The notes: generated by a model not told the origin, from the sequence alone. Numbered from the stretch's first letter, positions 1-11,949 are shown. The stretch: 34,848 nucleotides of DNA from Conidiobolus incongruus B7586 (GCA_000697335.1 JNEM01011142.1:1-34848); one strand, 5' to 3'. Program-made: numbers and translations.

Positions 1-1681
1 AATATATTTTTTATGAGTTATAAATTTAAAATGTCTTAAATAAAATAAGTCTTTTATATCAGAATTTTAGTTTTATATTTATTATACAAAAGTGTAAAAT
101 TATAAAATCCTAATATTATTATTTTTTACTAGGAAATTTTTCTTAAATAATAAATATAATTGATTTTTTCATAATATGATAAATTAATAGATGTTTTTTA
201 TTCAAATATAATAAAGTTTAAAATTTAATAAATATTATTAAGAGATTAGTTCTCTAAATTCCTATATATACTTTTATATAATTCAATTAACTATAAATTA
301 TATGATTAATTTATACTTATATAGATAAATTAATTATATAAATAATATTGAATTATCTAATAAACAAGGTTCCTCTTTTTTCCTTTTAAACCTTATTATT
401 TATTATTTGTACATTATTCCTAAGGTTGAGATTATATTTTGTTAATATTATAGTATATTGGCACTATCTAATATAAATCTTAATATATCAGTGACTCATC
501 TTAGTTTAAAGCTTAATTAAACTTTATTTATATTTCCACATTATATCACTATATTCCATGCCATATTATTTTTATATTAAGTCTTCCTTTGCATTATATT
601 GGTATTCTACCACTATACTTACAAATATTACCAATTTGTTTTAAATTAAGATTTTTATAAAAATTAAGATTATATATATAATAAAAAAATTAATATATAG
701 TTTATTAAAATTTAAAATTATATTAAAATTATTGAAAAATAGTTAAAATTCATAGAATAGTATTTGATTTAAATATTTGAAATTATTTTTTTAACTTTTG
801 AAGACTAATTTTGTTTTTTTAAGTATATAAATCTAAATTTTGAATTTAAGAATATAATATTTAGTTTAAAGTTTATAAAACCTTGTAAGCTAATATTAAT
901 CTAGTGTTTATTTATATATATTTATTATTAATGATTAACATGCTTATTACTAATATAATATATTTTAATTTAAAAAATATTATTTAAATGGCTTATATAA
1001 CAAGTTACATTTATATCGTATTAATTAGAATAATTAATACTTAAAAATATCATCAGAGTCATATACTTGAGCAAGTTAGCAATGTAATATTATCACCAGT
1101 TTTAGTAAAATATATTGAATACAAATAACTATTAAGAATTTTAAATAAAATATATTAAAAATTATTTTGATAATAAATATTAATCAATTTTATTTTCAAG
1201 TTTCAGAATTTCAATTCATATATATAGCTTATATAAATAAAATTATAAAAAGAAAAACAAAGTTATTGATATAATATAAAGATATCTATTTAATCATTAA
1301 CTTATATAACCTTTATTAAATAGTATAATTATTGACTGTATTGATATTAAAGATTAAAATTTATGGAATATATTTGATATTTCTAATTAATCATTAAATT
1401 ATAAACATATAAAATAATTATTACTGAATTAATATACTTTTGATTAAATTTTGAAATAGTCAATAACAAAGAAAATTATAAAAATTATAAAAATTATATA
1501 TTTTTATTAAAGAGTATAATATAATAGATGATTCTAAATAGTTATGGAAATTATTTAAATATAGATAAATTTTGATAACAGAATTATTATTTTAAATAAT
1601 TTTAAAATTCAAGCACCTTAAAATATTTGAGCAATAAATTTAATAGTGAAGTTAGTTGTATTATAGTTTCAAGGTACATTG

Positions 1682-2398
1682 TAAATAAAATGGGATGGTA
1701 GATAAATTAAAGCATAAAACATGATCAAAAGGGTTGAGTAAGGGGATCTTTCTACTGACAATTCGAATATTCATCATTGATTTATTCACATACTTTGGGC
1801 TGAAAGGAAATATCCCAAAGATAAATGTATTTCTCTCGGAATGTGAACATATCCATTATGGTGGAAACCTAGTTGGCTAACGATATCACCTCTGTTTGTA
1901 TATCTGACTATAGGATTGCTCAATCCAATAGTATGCTCTACAAAAGCTCTGTTTCCAACTCGAGGACTATGATAGGTGAATAACCAACTTCATGACCAGT
2001 GGCCAAAATCTTTTGAGCTTGCTCTGCAGCATGGAGAGTAGCTGTAGCTCCTCCCAAACTTTGACCAGTGAGAATTATTTTTTAAGTTTTGCATTCATTA
2101 CCATTTAGCAGTTAGAATAAATATTCATCAATTTTCGATTAAAAACTGTTTTCAGTTCCATAATAATCATTAAAAATTTTATTTATTCCCGAATCATTTA
2201 AAATATATGGATCATTTTAAAATCATTAATTGAATTTACACATTGAAAGTGCCTGATTTAGGTATCACAAAAACTTAAGTATCTTTATAAACTTTATTTA
2301 CTATCATACCTCCCTAGTATAGATTATCAAAAGATTTTAATGATTTATATCCACCAGATTTTTTAATATAAAATTCAAATATTACTCTGTATTTTTTA
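1682..2398 (-). pseudogene. Class-3 lipase pseudogene (paralog of 6389-7393), interrupted at its 5' end by a mariner insertion
   Basis: 1847-2071 is near-identical to 6561-6786 (TGQSLGGATATLHAAE...PRVGNRAFVEH...NRGDIVSQLGF) but has a 1-nt deletion. The flanks 1682-1846 and 2072-2390 align more loosely to the same gene, with indels and stops. Homology appears to resume after the mariner at ~3609-3650. Confidence 0.9.
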
Positions 2399-2400
2399 TA

Positions 2401-3594
2401 ATGGGAATTTTTTGCAATTAAAAATAAATATATAATATAAATTTAATAGTCTTTTTTATTATTAATAACTTTTTGCTATACTTTTAACAAACTTCTAACA
2501 CCTAAAAAACAGTTCTTTTTATTAAAGACTGAAATTTGATATTTCACAAACCAATTAAATTTTCCTGCAGAAATTTTCTTTTGTGTAAGCTAGATTTTAA
2601 ATTTTTAAAGCAATTATAGTTATATAAGTAATAATCAAAAGAATATACTAGATGTGGTAGTTTTTTCCAGTTATTTTTAATTAGAAAGTTTTTTACAGAT
2701 TTAGATTTATGTATTTTACAATTATCATGTAAAATAATAGGTTTTCTCAAATTATATTGAGAACACTATTTAAAAATACTTTTGTTTAAAAAAGCAATAT
2801 TTAGTTTATTAATAATTAATTTTCCTTCAAAAACTAAATAAGAGTAGCATATACTATTATAATCTATTACAATAATTAACATTCACTTATTAACAAAATG
2901 CTTATATAAAGGGATTTGTAGAGGGGGTTGATTTAATTTAATCTAACATCTTGATTTGTGTTTTAATAAAGGATTATATATAAGGATTTAAGATTCATTA
3001 ATTATAATTATTTACTGTAAAAGTTTAAGCTTCTAGTAATATTTTAATAGGTTTTGTTTAGTAATAGCTACTCTAACTTTTTTTTAAGCTTTAACTAAAT
3101 GATAAAGTACCTATTTTATTTTTTTTATTAATTTGAGTTTAAACTTTAATATTTATAAAATACTTATAAAACTAATATTAAAATACTTAGATAATTTTTT
3201 ACCTGAAATAAAAAGATACTTTTCAATATATTTTTTCACTCTATTAACAATTGAAAGAGTAATAGTTAAAGTTAGTTTTTCAGATTTTAACAAGTTTTAA
3301 ATAGTTTTTTTTAGCTTTAAAGTAATTTACCTAGTAATAAATTATTAATTTAGATAATACTTTATTATTAAAAGTTGTTTGTAAATTTTGAATAATTTTA
3401 AAGGGTTTATAGTTAAGTTTTATTAATATTAAAATAAAAAACTTTTGATGATTATTATTTAATTTAAGTATGATTAAATTAAACAACCAATTTTAAAAAG
3501 TTAATTTTTTAATCAAAAAAATTAATATATATATATATTATTTATTTCAAACTAATAATATATTTGAAAAATCAGAAATTAAAAAATTTCCCAT
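2401..3594 (-). mobile_element. Degenerate mariner (DD34D) DNA transposon, copy 1
   Basis: Imperfect terminal inverted repeats (atgggaattttttgcaatt ... aattaaaaaatttcccat) flanked by TA at 2399-2400 and 3595-3596. Length is ~1.2 kb, and the decayed transposase inside has recognisable mariner motifs. Confidence 0.88.
2445..3471 (-). pseudogene. Mariner transposase remnant
   Basis: Manual translation gives *VLYHL (WVPHEL-like), IIIMNES*I (ITGDEKW-like), and LHDNCKIH...W..LPHLVYSFDYYLYNY (HDNARPH...LPHPPYSPDLAPSDY-like). There are 34 residues between the 2nd catalytic D and the 3rd position (now N). Many stops and frameshifts; the 3' boundary is approximate. Confidence 0.88.
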
Positions 3595-6388
3595 TATTTC
3601 AAATTCAAGGTAATATTGTTGATTGTATAACTAAAAGCTAGAATTTGTTATAAAACTGAATTTATATAATACTTTAAGCTATTATTAGATCATCAGAGAA
3701 AGCATTATTTTTATCTTATAACTTTAATTAAATAATATTCTAGACTTTATCATTTTTTATTTCAATTTTTATAGTTATTAATATTAATATTCATAATATA
3801 TAATAAACTTAATAACACCAATATATGAGTATAAACAAAGATAATAAATATCTATTATTATGACCAATTATTTATATACTAAATATAACAAAGGGTTTAT
3901 TAATGATGTCATTTTATCCTATAATCTATATAAATAATTCATATAAATAAACATTGATATCCTTATTACCCCAGGATTAATTTATAATATATTTATTTAT
4001 TATATTAATAAAGTTTCTATATTTTATACTATTCATATTGTCTTATATAATATTTAATCCAATAATCCAAGTATTATATTTATTCTTTATTATTTAATAT
4101 AATCTCCATAATGTTTATAATCATATTATAAAACTTCATAGTTTATAGAGATTTCTTTTATATAAAATAATTTTATCATAATGGACATAATTTATCAATA
4201 TATAGAATATACCTATAAAGGTATTGTTATGGTTATTTATTAATATATCAATATTTATTTATAATCATTAATATCACTTTCATTACTATGATATAATGTA
4301 TTCAAAAAGGTTCAAATATTTAAAAATCCTTATATTCGGATAAAGTGTCTTTGAGAAAAGCTCATATTTAAGCTCTACTATTTCTTTAAAAAACATTAAA
4401 GCGCACTAATTTCCATGAATATAAAAAGCATACCAAGTCGAACAAAACTATATTTATACATGACAGTATTGAAAATTATAAGCAAAATTTTAAAATATTA
4501 CAAAAGGAATCCTGATATTGGTAGGGTTATATAATTTAATTAGTTAATGGTCATGTGTACCTTGAGCCTAATTAGCTAGTCAACAAAATGAAAGTTTTAA
4601 CATATCATCTATTATCACCTTAAAAGTGAAAGAGATTTCAAGGATATTGGGGAGTAATGAGAGATCTAGTTCTGAAAAGATAAAGACAAAAAGTAATTAC
4701 AAAATAAAAAAGAGAATTTACAATATAACAAGATTATATGTATACGATATATATGTCAAAGAAACCAATTATTGTGTATTGAACTATTATTAGCCATGGG
4801 TTAATTTATACTGAATTATCACTTTAATAAAGTAAACCATTTTATTTATAATTCATAGTATTGTCAAAATAAAATCCAATTTGTGTAGTTGAAATTTAAA
4901 TATTTCCTTGATTTAAAATATATTTTGAATATATAAATTTTTAATAAATTTTAATTAGTCAAAAGATAAGTAGTTAATTTTTTTAGTAAAATACTCTAAT
5001 TATATATGAACATTTTATATTGAAGAAATCATATTCATTTGGCAAGATAAAAAAATTCCAATATTTCATATAGTTTGTAAGATATTTATTAAATTATAAT
5101 TCAGTATTTAATAATTAATTCAAATTAAATAAATCCTGATTCTTATAATTAAGTTCATATAAAATATTTATGAAGTTTAAAAAGTTATTTTTTGTATAAA
5201 TATTTAATACTTATATAGGTAACTATATATTTTTCAGTTATTAAAATAATTATCTAGTGTTTTTTATTTAAATATTATTAAATGATTTAATAACAATTGA
5301 GGATCAAAAATAATGTATATTTTGTTAAATATTGTAATCATATAAAACTAATTTTAAAAATAAATAATTCAATTTCTAAAATATTTTTTATAAAAAATAT
5401 TGATTGATAAACTTATATATATTCCTCTCCAATAATTAAATATACAATTTATACAATAAATTTAAATCCACAAGGTTTGGAGATAGAATAGGAAAATATA
5501 AACCTTATGACGTTTTGTTATATTAATAAATGAATTTAAGTAAAGATAAATGACAATTTTGATATCTAGTTTAATTAATTTTTAATTATTAAATATCAAA
5601 TAATTTGTGATAATATATAGCTTTCAAGAGCCAATTTATATTTCGAAAATTTTACTTTTATACATTTAGCACTGTCAAGATTACTCTAATTCCAATAAGT
5701 GAAATTATCTAAAATACAGGTATATAAATGAACTCATATGTTCAGTAATAATCAAACAAATATGGTAAATCACTATCAGAGGTTTTAAAAACATAGTGAA
5801 AAGTTTATTATATACTCCACTAATATATTTTATAAATTGAAACCAAAATTAAATTATATTATTGAATTGATAAATTTATTCGTTAAGTCTATTTCCAATA
5901 TCACAATATCCAATATTTCATAATTTTGTAGAACAATTTTGCAATAAGAATTTACATTGCAGTTTTATATGAATTATATTAAAAATAAGTTGTAATTTTC
6001 TGCAAAAGTCATATATTATTAATAAGGAAAAAATTACATTGATCTATAAATATAAAAAAATAACAGAAATTCTTTGGACTCTGAAAACAATTTTTTGATA
6101 GAATCATATATTAAATATAAACATGAATTTCTGATCAATCATTAAAATTTGGATGAAATAATATAGATAATATTCTTTGTTAATATATAAATAGTATTTT
6201 AAATGGATAAGTATATAGTTATTTATATTTAATATCAAATAATCTTTTGTTAACTTATATATTACACAGTGTATTTCATGATTTATTATTTTATTTCGAA
6301 TTTATTTTCCAATTCAATTTTTTGAATATTTGAAATGAAAAACAAATTGAATACAAATTAAAATGTGAAATAATTGCATGTGCCAACT

Positions 6389-7393
6389 TTAGCAAGATGG
6401 GATGATGGGTTGATTAAATCCTAAGATATGATCTATAGGATTGAGGAAAGGACGATCTTTCCACTGGCAATTTGGATCTTCATCATAGGCTTGCTCACAT
6501 ACTTTAGGCTGAGAGGAAAATGTTAAAGAAAAAGGTAAATGTACTTCTCCCGGAATATGGACATATCCATTATGGCGGAAACCTAGTTGGCTAACGATAT
6601 CACCTCTGTTTGTATATCTGACCATAGGGATATTCAATCCAATAGTATGCTCTACAAAAGCTCTGTTTCCAACTCGAGGACTATGATAGGTGAATAACTC
6701 AACTTCATGACCAGTGGCCAAAATCTTTTGAGCTTGCTCTGCAGCATGGAGAGTAGCTGTAGCTCCTCCCAAACTTTGACCGGTGATGATTACTTTATAA
6801 CCTTTGTATTTAGCCTCGTTCAAAAGGTGAAATAGATATTGGTTGACTTCAGCTGCATAACTATTATAAGTACTGTAAAAGCCATTATGGACTTTAATAT
6901 CGTCGCCAAATCCTTTAAATGGGACAGGTTCATAGCTAAAATCTCTCATCCAATTTTGTGCCGTCATGCTACCTCGATGCGATACGACAAGTTCTTTGGT
7001 CTCTTCATAAAATCCAACCACCACTATACTACCATAGTAAAAATGATCGAAAGATTTCAATATTTTGAATCCTGGACATATTCCTAGGATGCAGTTCAGA
7101 TATATTTCGTCGGTGACATGGCAATAAGATTGTATAGCAGATTGGAAATGAAACTTAACCCGATCTAGAGAAGGTACTGTGACATTGGTAGGAGTATACA
7201 GTTTAATGGGAGGGTTGTCATTTATCCCCTTTGCGAGATCAACTAACCATCCTGGTGGAAGTTCTAGCAAATCGCCAATTTCTATCTTTGGACCTAGAGG
7301 AATTGGAGATTTACTGATCAAGGATAACAAACCTTGACCTGAAATGGCAGCAGTAGCAAATAGTCCACGAATAAAATGAAAAAATTGCACCAT
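6389..7393 (-). CDS. Secreted class-3 (Rhizomucor-type) lipase / alpha-beta hydrolase, 334 aa, intronless
   Basis: Hydrophobic N-terminus, then VVSHRGS, VHNGFY, nucleophile elbow ITGQSLGGA, PRVGNRAF, NRGDIV (Asp), GYVH.PGE and IDH (His). Confidence 0.93.
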   Translation of the reverse strand: MVQFFHFIRGLFATAAISGQGLLSLISKSPIPLGPKIEIGDLLELPPGWLVDLAKGINDNPPIKLYTPTNVTVPSLDRVKFHFQSAIQSYCHVTDEIYLNCILGICPGFKILKSFDHFYYGSIVVVGFYEETKELVVSHRGSMTAQNWMRDFSYEPVPFKGFGDDIKVHNGFYSTYNSYAAEVNQYLFHLLNEAKYKGYKVIITGQSLGGATATLHAAEQAQKILATGHEVELFTYHSPRVGNRAFVEHTIGLNIPMVRYTNRGDIVSQLGFRHNGYVHIPGEVHLPFSLTFSSQPKVCEQAYDEDPNCQWKDRPFLNPIDHILGFNQPIIPSC

Positions 7394-8087
7394 TATATCT
7401 TTAAGAAAACTTTACTAGTTATATTTAATATAACTAGTCAATTATTCCTTTTATAATTTTCTTTGTGTAATTTATAGATAAATTTTTTACATTAAATGAG
7501 GGTTGTAATATTCTTTGGGTGTTATTAAGGTTTTACCTCGGATCATTTATTTGCATAATTTTAACAAAATGATAGGACTAATTGTATAAGAAACTGAAAT
7601 TTGGAATGTTTGAGTTATAAGACTTTCTAATATTTATCTTTGAAGCTATAATATCAATTATATACTAATTTATCTCGGTAATATATAATATATTTAACAT
7701 CTGTTTTGAATTTATGATATTTCCATCATACTTTAAATGCTCATTAGATTGTTATATAAATTGTTTATAAAACTGACAGTTTTAGGCATGTGAAAAAATA
7801 AATATTTAATGAAACCGCTAATCTGAACAATGTTATTTTTATTAATAAAAATGAGGCAATAATTAATGAACTACTAAAGCCTATAGATTACTTAACTAAA
7901 ATCTAGAGACTTGTTTAGTATTTCAATACTTGGTTATTTTTTGTTATTATTAAAAATTAGAATCAGAGCTCTTAAAGAATAATCCATTACATTTGTCATA
8001 CCAAAAATTTTTAATTAACTTCTAAACTAGAACCACAATCTGAGTTTGTATATAAGTGGCTCTACATATTAGTGTAGAAATTAAATA

Positions 8088-9295
8088 ATGGCACATTTTT
8101 AATATTAAAATTAAACAAATAAATTGATAAATAATATATAAAATTTAATAAGTAATATAAAATTAATAGCCTCCTTTATTATTAATAACTCTTTTCTATA
8201 CTTTTGGTAAGTTTCTAATACCTAAAAACAGTTTTTTTATTAAAGACTGAAATTTAATACTTTACAAATCAATTTAATTTGTTTACAGGAATTTTTTTTC
8301 TTGTAAGCTAATTTTTTAATTATTTAAAACAATTATAATCACATAAGTTATAATCAAGTGAATATACTAGTTATAATTACTCTCTCTAGTTTTTTTATAT
8401 AAAAAATCTTTTATAGGTTTAGATTTATATATTTTACAATTATCATGTAAAATAATAAGTATCTTTAATTTATATTAAAAACACTATGTAAAATTTGTTT
8501 TATTTAAAAAAATAATTTATAATTTATTATTAATTGATTTTTTTTTGAGATATTAAATAAAAAAATTATATACTATTATAATTTATTATTATAATTAATA
8601 TTGACTTATATTTAAAATACTTATTTATTAAAATTTATAAAAGGGATTAATTTAACTTAATTTAACATGTTATTTTATTTTTAAGTAAAGGATTATATAA
8701 AGGAAGTTAAAATTTATTAATTATAAGTATTTATTGTAAAAACTTTTGTTTTTAGTTATATTTTAATAAGTTTAGTTTAACTATAACTACTTTAGTTTTT
8801 TAAGCTTTTATTAAATTATAAGGTATTTATTTTATATTTTTATTAATTAATTTAAATTTAAACTTAAGTAAATATAATATGCTTATATAATTAATATTAT
8901 ATTACTTTAATAGTTCTTTAACTAAAATAAAAAGGTATTTCTTAATATTTTTTTTATTTGATTAGTAAATAAAAAAATAACAATAGAAATTAATTTTTTA
9001 AATTTTAACAAATTTTAAATAATGTCCCTTTTAACTTGAAAATCACAAATCTAACAATATATGGTAGTTTTAAATAAAACACCATTTTTATAAACTATTT
9101 ACAAGTTTTAAATGATTTTAAAGGGTTTATAATTAAGTTTTAAAGATACAAAAATAAAAGCTTTTTGATAATCATTATCTAGTTTAGGTATAATTAAATT
9201 TAAGTGTAATTTTTAAAATCAAAATATTTTAATAAAAAAATAATTAAAATTAAATATATTTAGTTTGAAAAATCAGAAATTAAAAAATTTGCCAT
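8088..9295 (-). mobile_element. Degenerate mariner, copy 2 (same family as 2401-3594)
   Basis: Collinear with copy 1, sharing e.g. 'tattaaagactgaaattt', 'tattttacaattatcatgtaaaataata' and 'tttgaaaaatcagaaattaaaaaattt'. Ends are TA|atggcacattttt and aaaaaatttgccat. Confidence 0.88.
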
Positions 9296-9851
9296 TTTTT
9301 AATTTCTATACTAATAATTCTAAATTAAATTTTATTAATCTGACACTTATGATTATTGAAACAAAGATGTTAAAAAAATCATCAAATTTTCTAAATTTGT
9401 CAAATATCAATTTTATATTTATATATTTTTAATTCTTAGAGAATAATTAGGAAAATCATTTAGTTAAAGTTGTAATATTGGCAAGATAATAAAATAATGT
9501 GAGATTAAGTTATGGAATAATTAATGTATTTTATCAGCAGTTTTCAATATTTGTGTTTGAACAAATGTTACCTGAACTAGTTTAATTTTCACTAATTATC
9601 AACACTTATGTTAATTTGTTATCTTAAATTATTGTATCAGATGATACTCTTAATTATTAAATAAATATTTAATTTACTAGAGTATTTGAACATTTAACAA
9701 CAATCATAGCTAGATATCAAGTTGTTGATTCAAGTTATCTTTAATAGATATAAAAATATTTTTTATAGAACAGAGTCTAACTTTTCATCTTTATTGTTTT
9801 TAATTTAGTTTCAAAATAACTTTCATTTACTGATGTATATATATATATATA

Positions 9852-10074
9852 CACTAACCTGCAAAAGTGAGTCATAAAATCAAAAACACCTATATTTTTA
9901 CTAATAACTTGATTAATATTTAATAAAATAAACCTAAATTAAATAATTAAAATCTATTATATTTATTAGTTATATATATCATTAAATGATAATATTTAGC
10001 TATTAATTGGCTAAAATATAAACCTTTAAATTTTACCTAAGGTGAGTCATAAATTTGTGGGTTTTTGGTGATAA
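9852..10074. repeat. Left terminal inverted repeat (~223 bp) of the Tc1 element, with two direct-repeat cores gtgagtcataaa
   Basis: Matches the reverse complement of 10925-11148, best at the outer 35 bp and at the inner block ctaaggtgagtcataaatttgtgggtttttg. Confidence 0.9.
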
Positions 10075-10084
10075 AAAAAAAAGA

Positions 10085-10822
10085 AAAGCAAGAGGCATTA
10101 TCTTGCTGGAAAATAACATTAGATTTGTTTAACCTATACCATTCAATGGTTTTTTTCAATTTATTGTTTAGAATACTTTAGTACATCTTAGCATTAATTC
10201 CCCTATTAACTTTATAAAGATACCCTACACCTAAAGACAACATATATCCCTAAACAATAATTAACCTACTATTATACTTTTAAGTAGAATTAACATAATA
10301 GTTACAAAGTAGTTCTGTATCTTTTCTAAAGTATCTAGCTTTTCTATCAGATCCACTAAGGTATATTTTTGTTTCATTAGACTAAATAACCTTACTCCAA
10401 TTAGTTTCAGTTCAACATTAGTAGCAACATTTAAACTTTTGCCTAGCTTTACAGTGGGATTTTTTTAATTAGGGGTGTTTTTTCTTAAGGTGTAAATGGT
10501 ATCTATGCTAACATAAAGCACATATAATAATATCAGTGCTAACCAATATTCCTGTATAGTTTTACAATTCCTATTGTATTTCTACAGTAGTACCACATTT
10601 ACCTGTATTAACCAACCTACAAATATACTTCTCATCATATTCATCTATAATCCTAGCACACTTAAGTTTAGGTTTAAATGTTTCTTTATTGCTATTCTTA
10701 ACAACCTTAGCTATAGTAAACTAGCTAACACTAGTAATTCTAGCAATATCACAAGTTGATTTACCTTCTTTATAAAGTTAATTAATGTGCAAGTGGATTT
10801 TTTTAAAGAGGGATTTAGGTAT
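10085..10822 (-). pseudogene. Tc1 transposase pseudogene, truncated just after the second catalytic Asp
   Basis: Single frame from an ATA (presumed former ATG) at 10822: ...EGKSTCDIARITSVS*FTI (HTH)...KKKHP*LKKSHCKAR...NWSKVI*SNETKI...IIV*GYM...GVGYL...MY*SIL...VIFQQDNASC. It has 12 stops and no frameshift. Confidence 0.93.
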
Positions 10823-10924
10823 AATGATACTAATAAAAAGAATTTAGTATATCTATAAAATATTATATAAAATAATAACAAAGAGAGAAAAAAGATATGG
10901 TTATATATTGTTAAATATATCCCC

Positions 10925-11148
10925 TTATCTCAAAAACCCACAAATTTATGACTCACCTTAGTTAAATATTAAGGGTTAATATTTTTGCTAATAGTTTACT
11001 AAATATATCTAAATATATTTATCTATTATTAAATAATATACCTTAACTATATATTATAGTTTCAAGTAATCTAATATATACAATTGTTTTAGTTATTAAT
11101 TAAAATATATATATTTTTGATTTTATGACTCACTTTTGCAGGTTAGTG
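10925..11148. repeat. Right terminal inverted repeat (~224 bp) of the Tc1 element
   Basis: Reverse complement of the left TIR, with two tttatgactcac cores. Confidence 0.9.
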
Positions 11149-11949
11149 TATATATATTTCAAGAGTATAATACTTCACTTCCTAATTTATAGTTATGAGA
11201 TAATTTTTATTTATAAATATTTTGATATGATATTGAATTTAAAATCCAAAACAAGAACACTCTTTTAATTCAGCTAATTATTCAAATAATGACATTTTCT
11301 ATTATGACATATTGTTTTAAATACAATTTAAATTCATACTCTCATTTTATTTGAAATAAAACTAATATTAATGATTTGATTTTCTTTAAATTATTATATA
11401 TTAAATAATTATATATTAAGATTTACTAAAGTGTTACAATATAAAAGTAAAATTTATTAATTTAATTTTGAGTTATTCTGATTTCAAGGTCAATTTTTGT
11501 TTTTTATCATCATTATAATTATTATTTCATAATTTTTTAATTTTCTTGATCATGAATATATCAGATATAAAAAATTTCAACAAATCACATTATATATTTT
11601 AATTTATCTGTAAATGAATAATATATAAAAATCCAGTTAACATAGCAATTTTTTATGACTTTAGATTTGGTCCTGGTAATTTATATCAGTGATTGTTTAA
11701 CAATATTCCAAAATATATTTAATCGATATTTAATTTTGATCAGGGTGAATAAATATTCAGTCAAAAATACCATTATTAAATAGCAATGATATATTAATAT
11801 AACGACTCACCTTATCTTTGTTTATTATTAATTATTTCTAGGTCGAAAAATATCAATAATTCAATTTCAAATTTTACTAATTATACAATATATTTGAATT
11901 ATAATATCAAATATTCAAGTAATTTGATTTTAATAAAAAATAGGTTATG

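Larger units (their letters stand above)
9852..11148 (-). mobile_element. Tc1-family DNA transposon with long IR/DR terminal repeats, internally deleted, non-autonomous
   Basis: The outer 35 bp are perfect inverted repeats (cactaacctgcaaaagtgagtcataaaatcaaaaa). TA flanks both ends within a (TA)n run. A Tc1 transposase remnant lies inside. Confidence 0.95.

Noticed and set aside
1..1600. Extremely AT-rich block, possibly eroded transposons
   Set aside because: I found no TIRs or recognisable motifs in the frames translated, so no specific call can be supported.
3700..4800. Stop-interrupted frames and a ~73-codon ATG-less frame near 4572-4793
   Set aside because: No recognisable homology; could be chance or unidentifiable relics.
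6839..7087. 82-aa + strand ORF; similarly 13787-14125, 26238-26423 and 30793-30975
   Set aside because: They are antisense to lipase or methyltransferase sequence with no independent support.
10574..10759. 61-aa + strand ORF
   Set aside because: It is antisense to the Tc1 transposase remnant.
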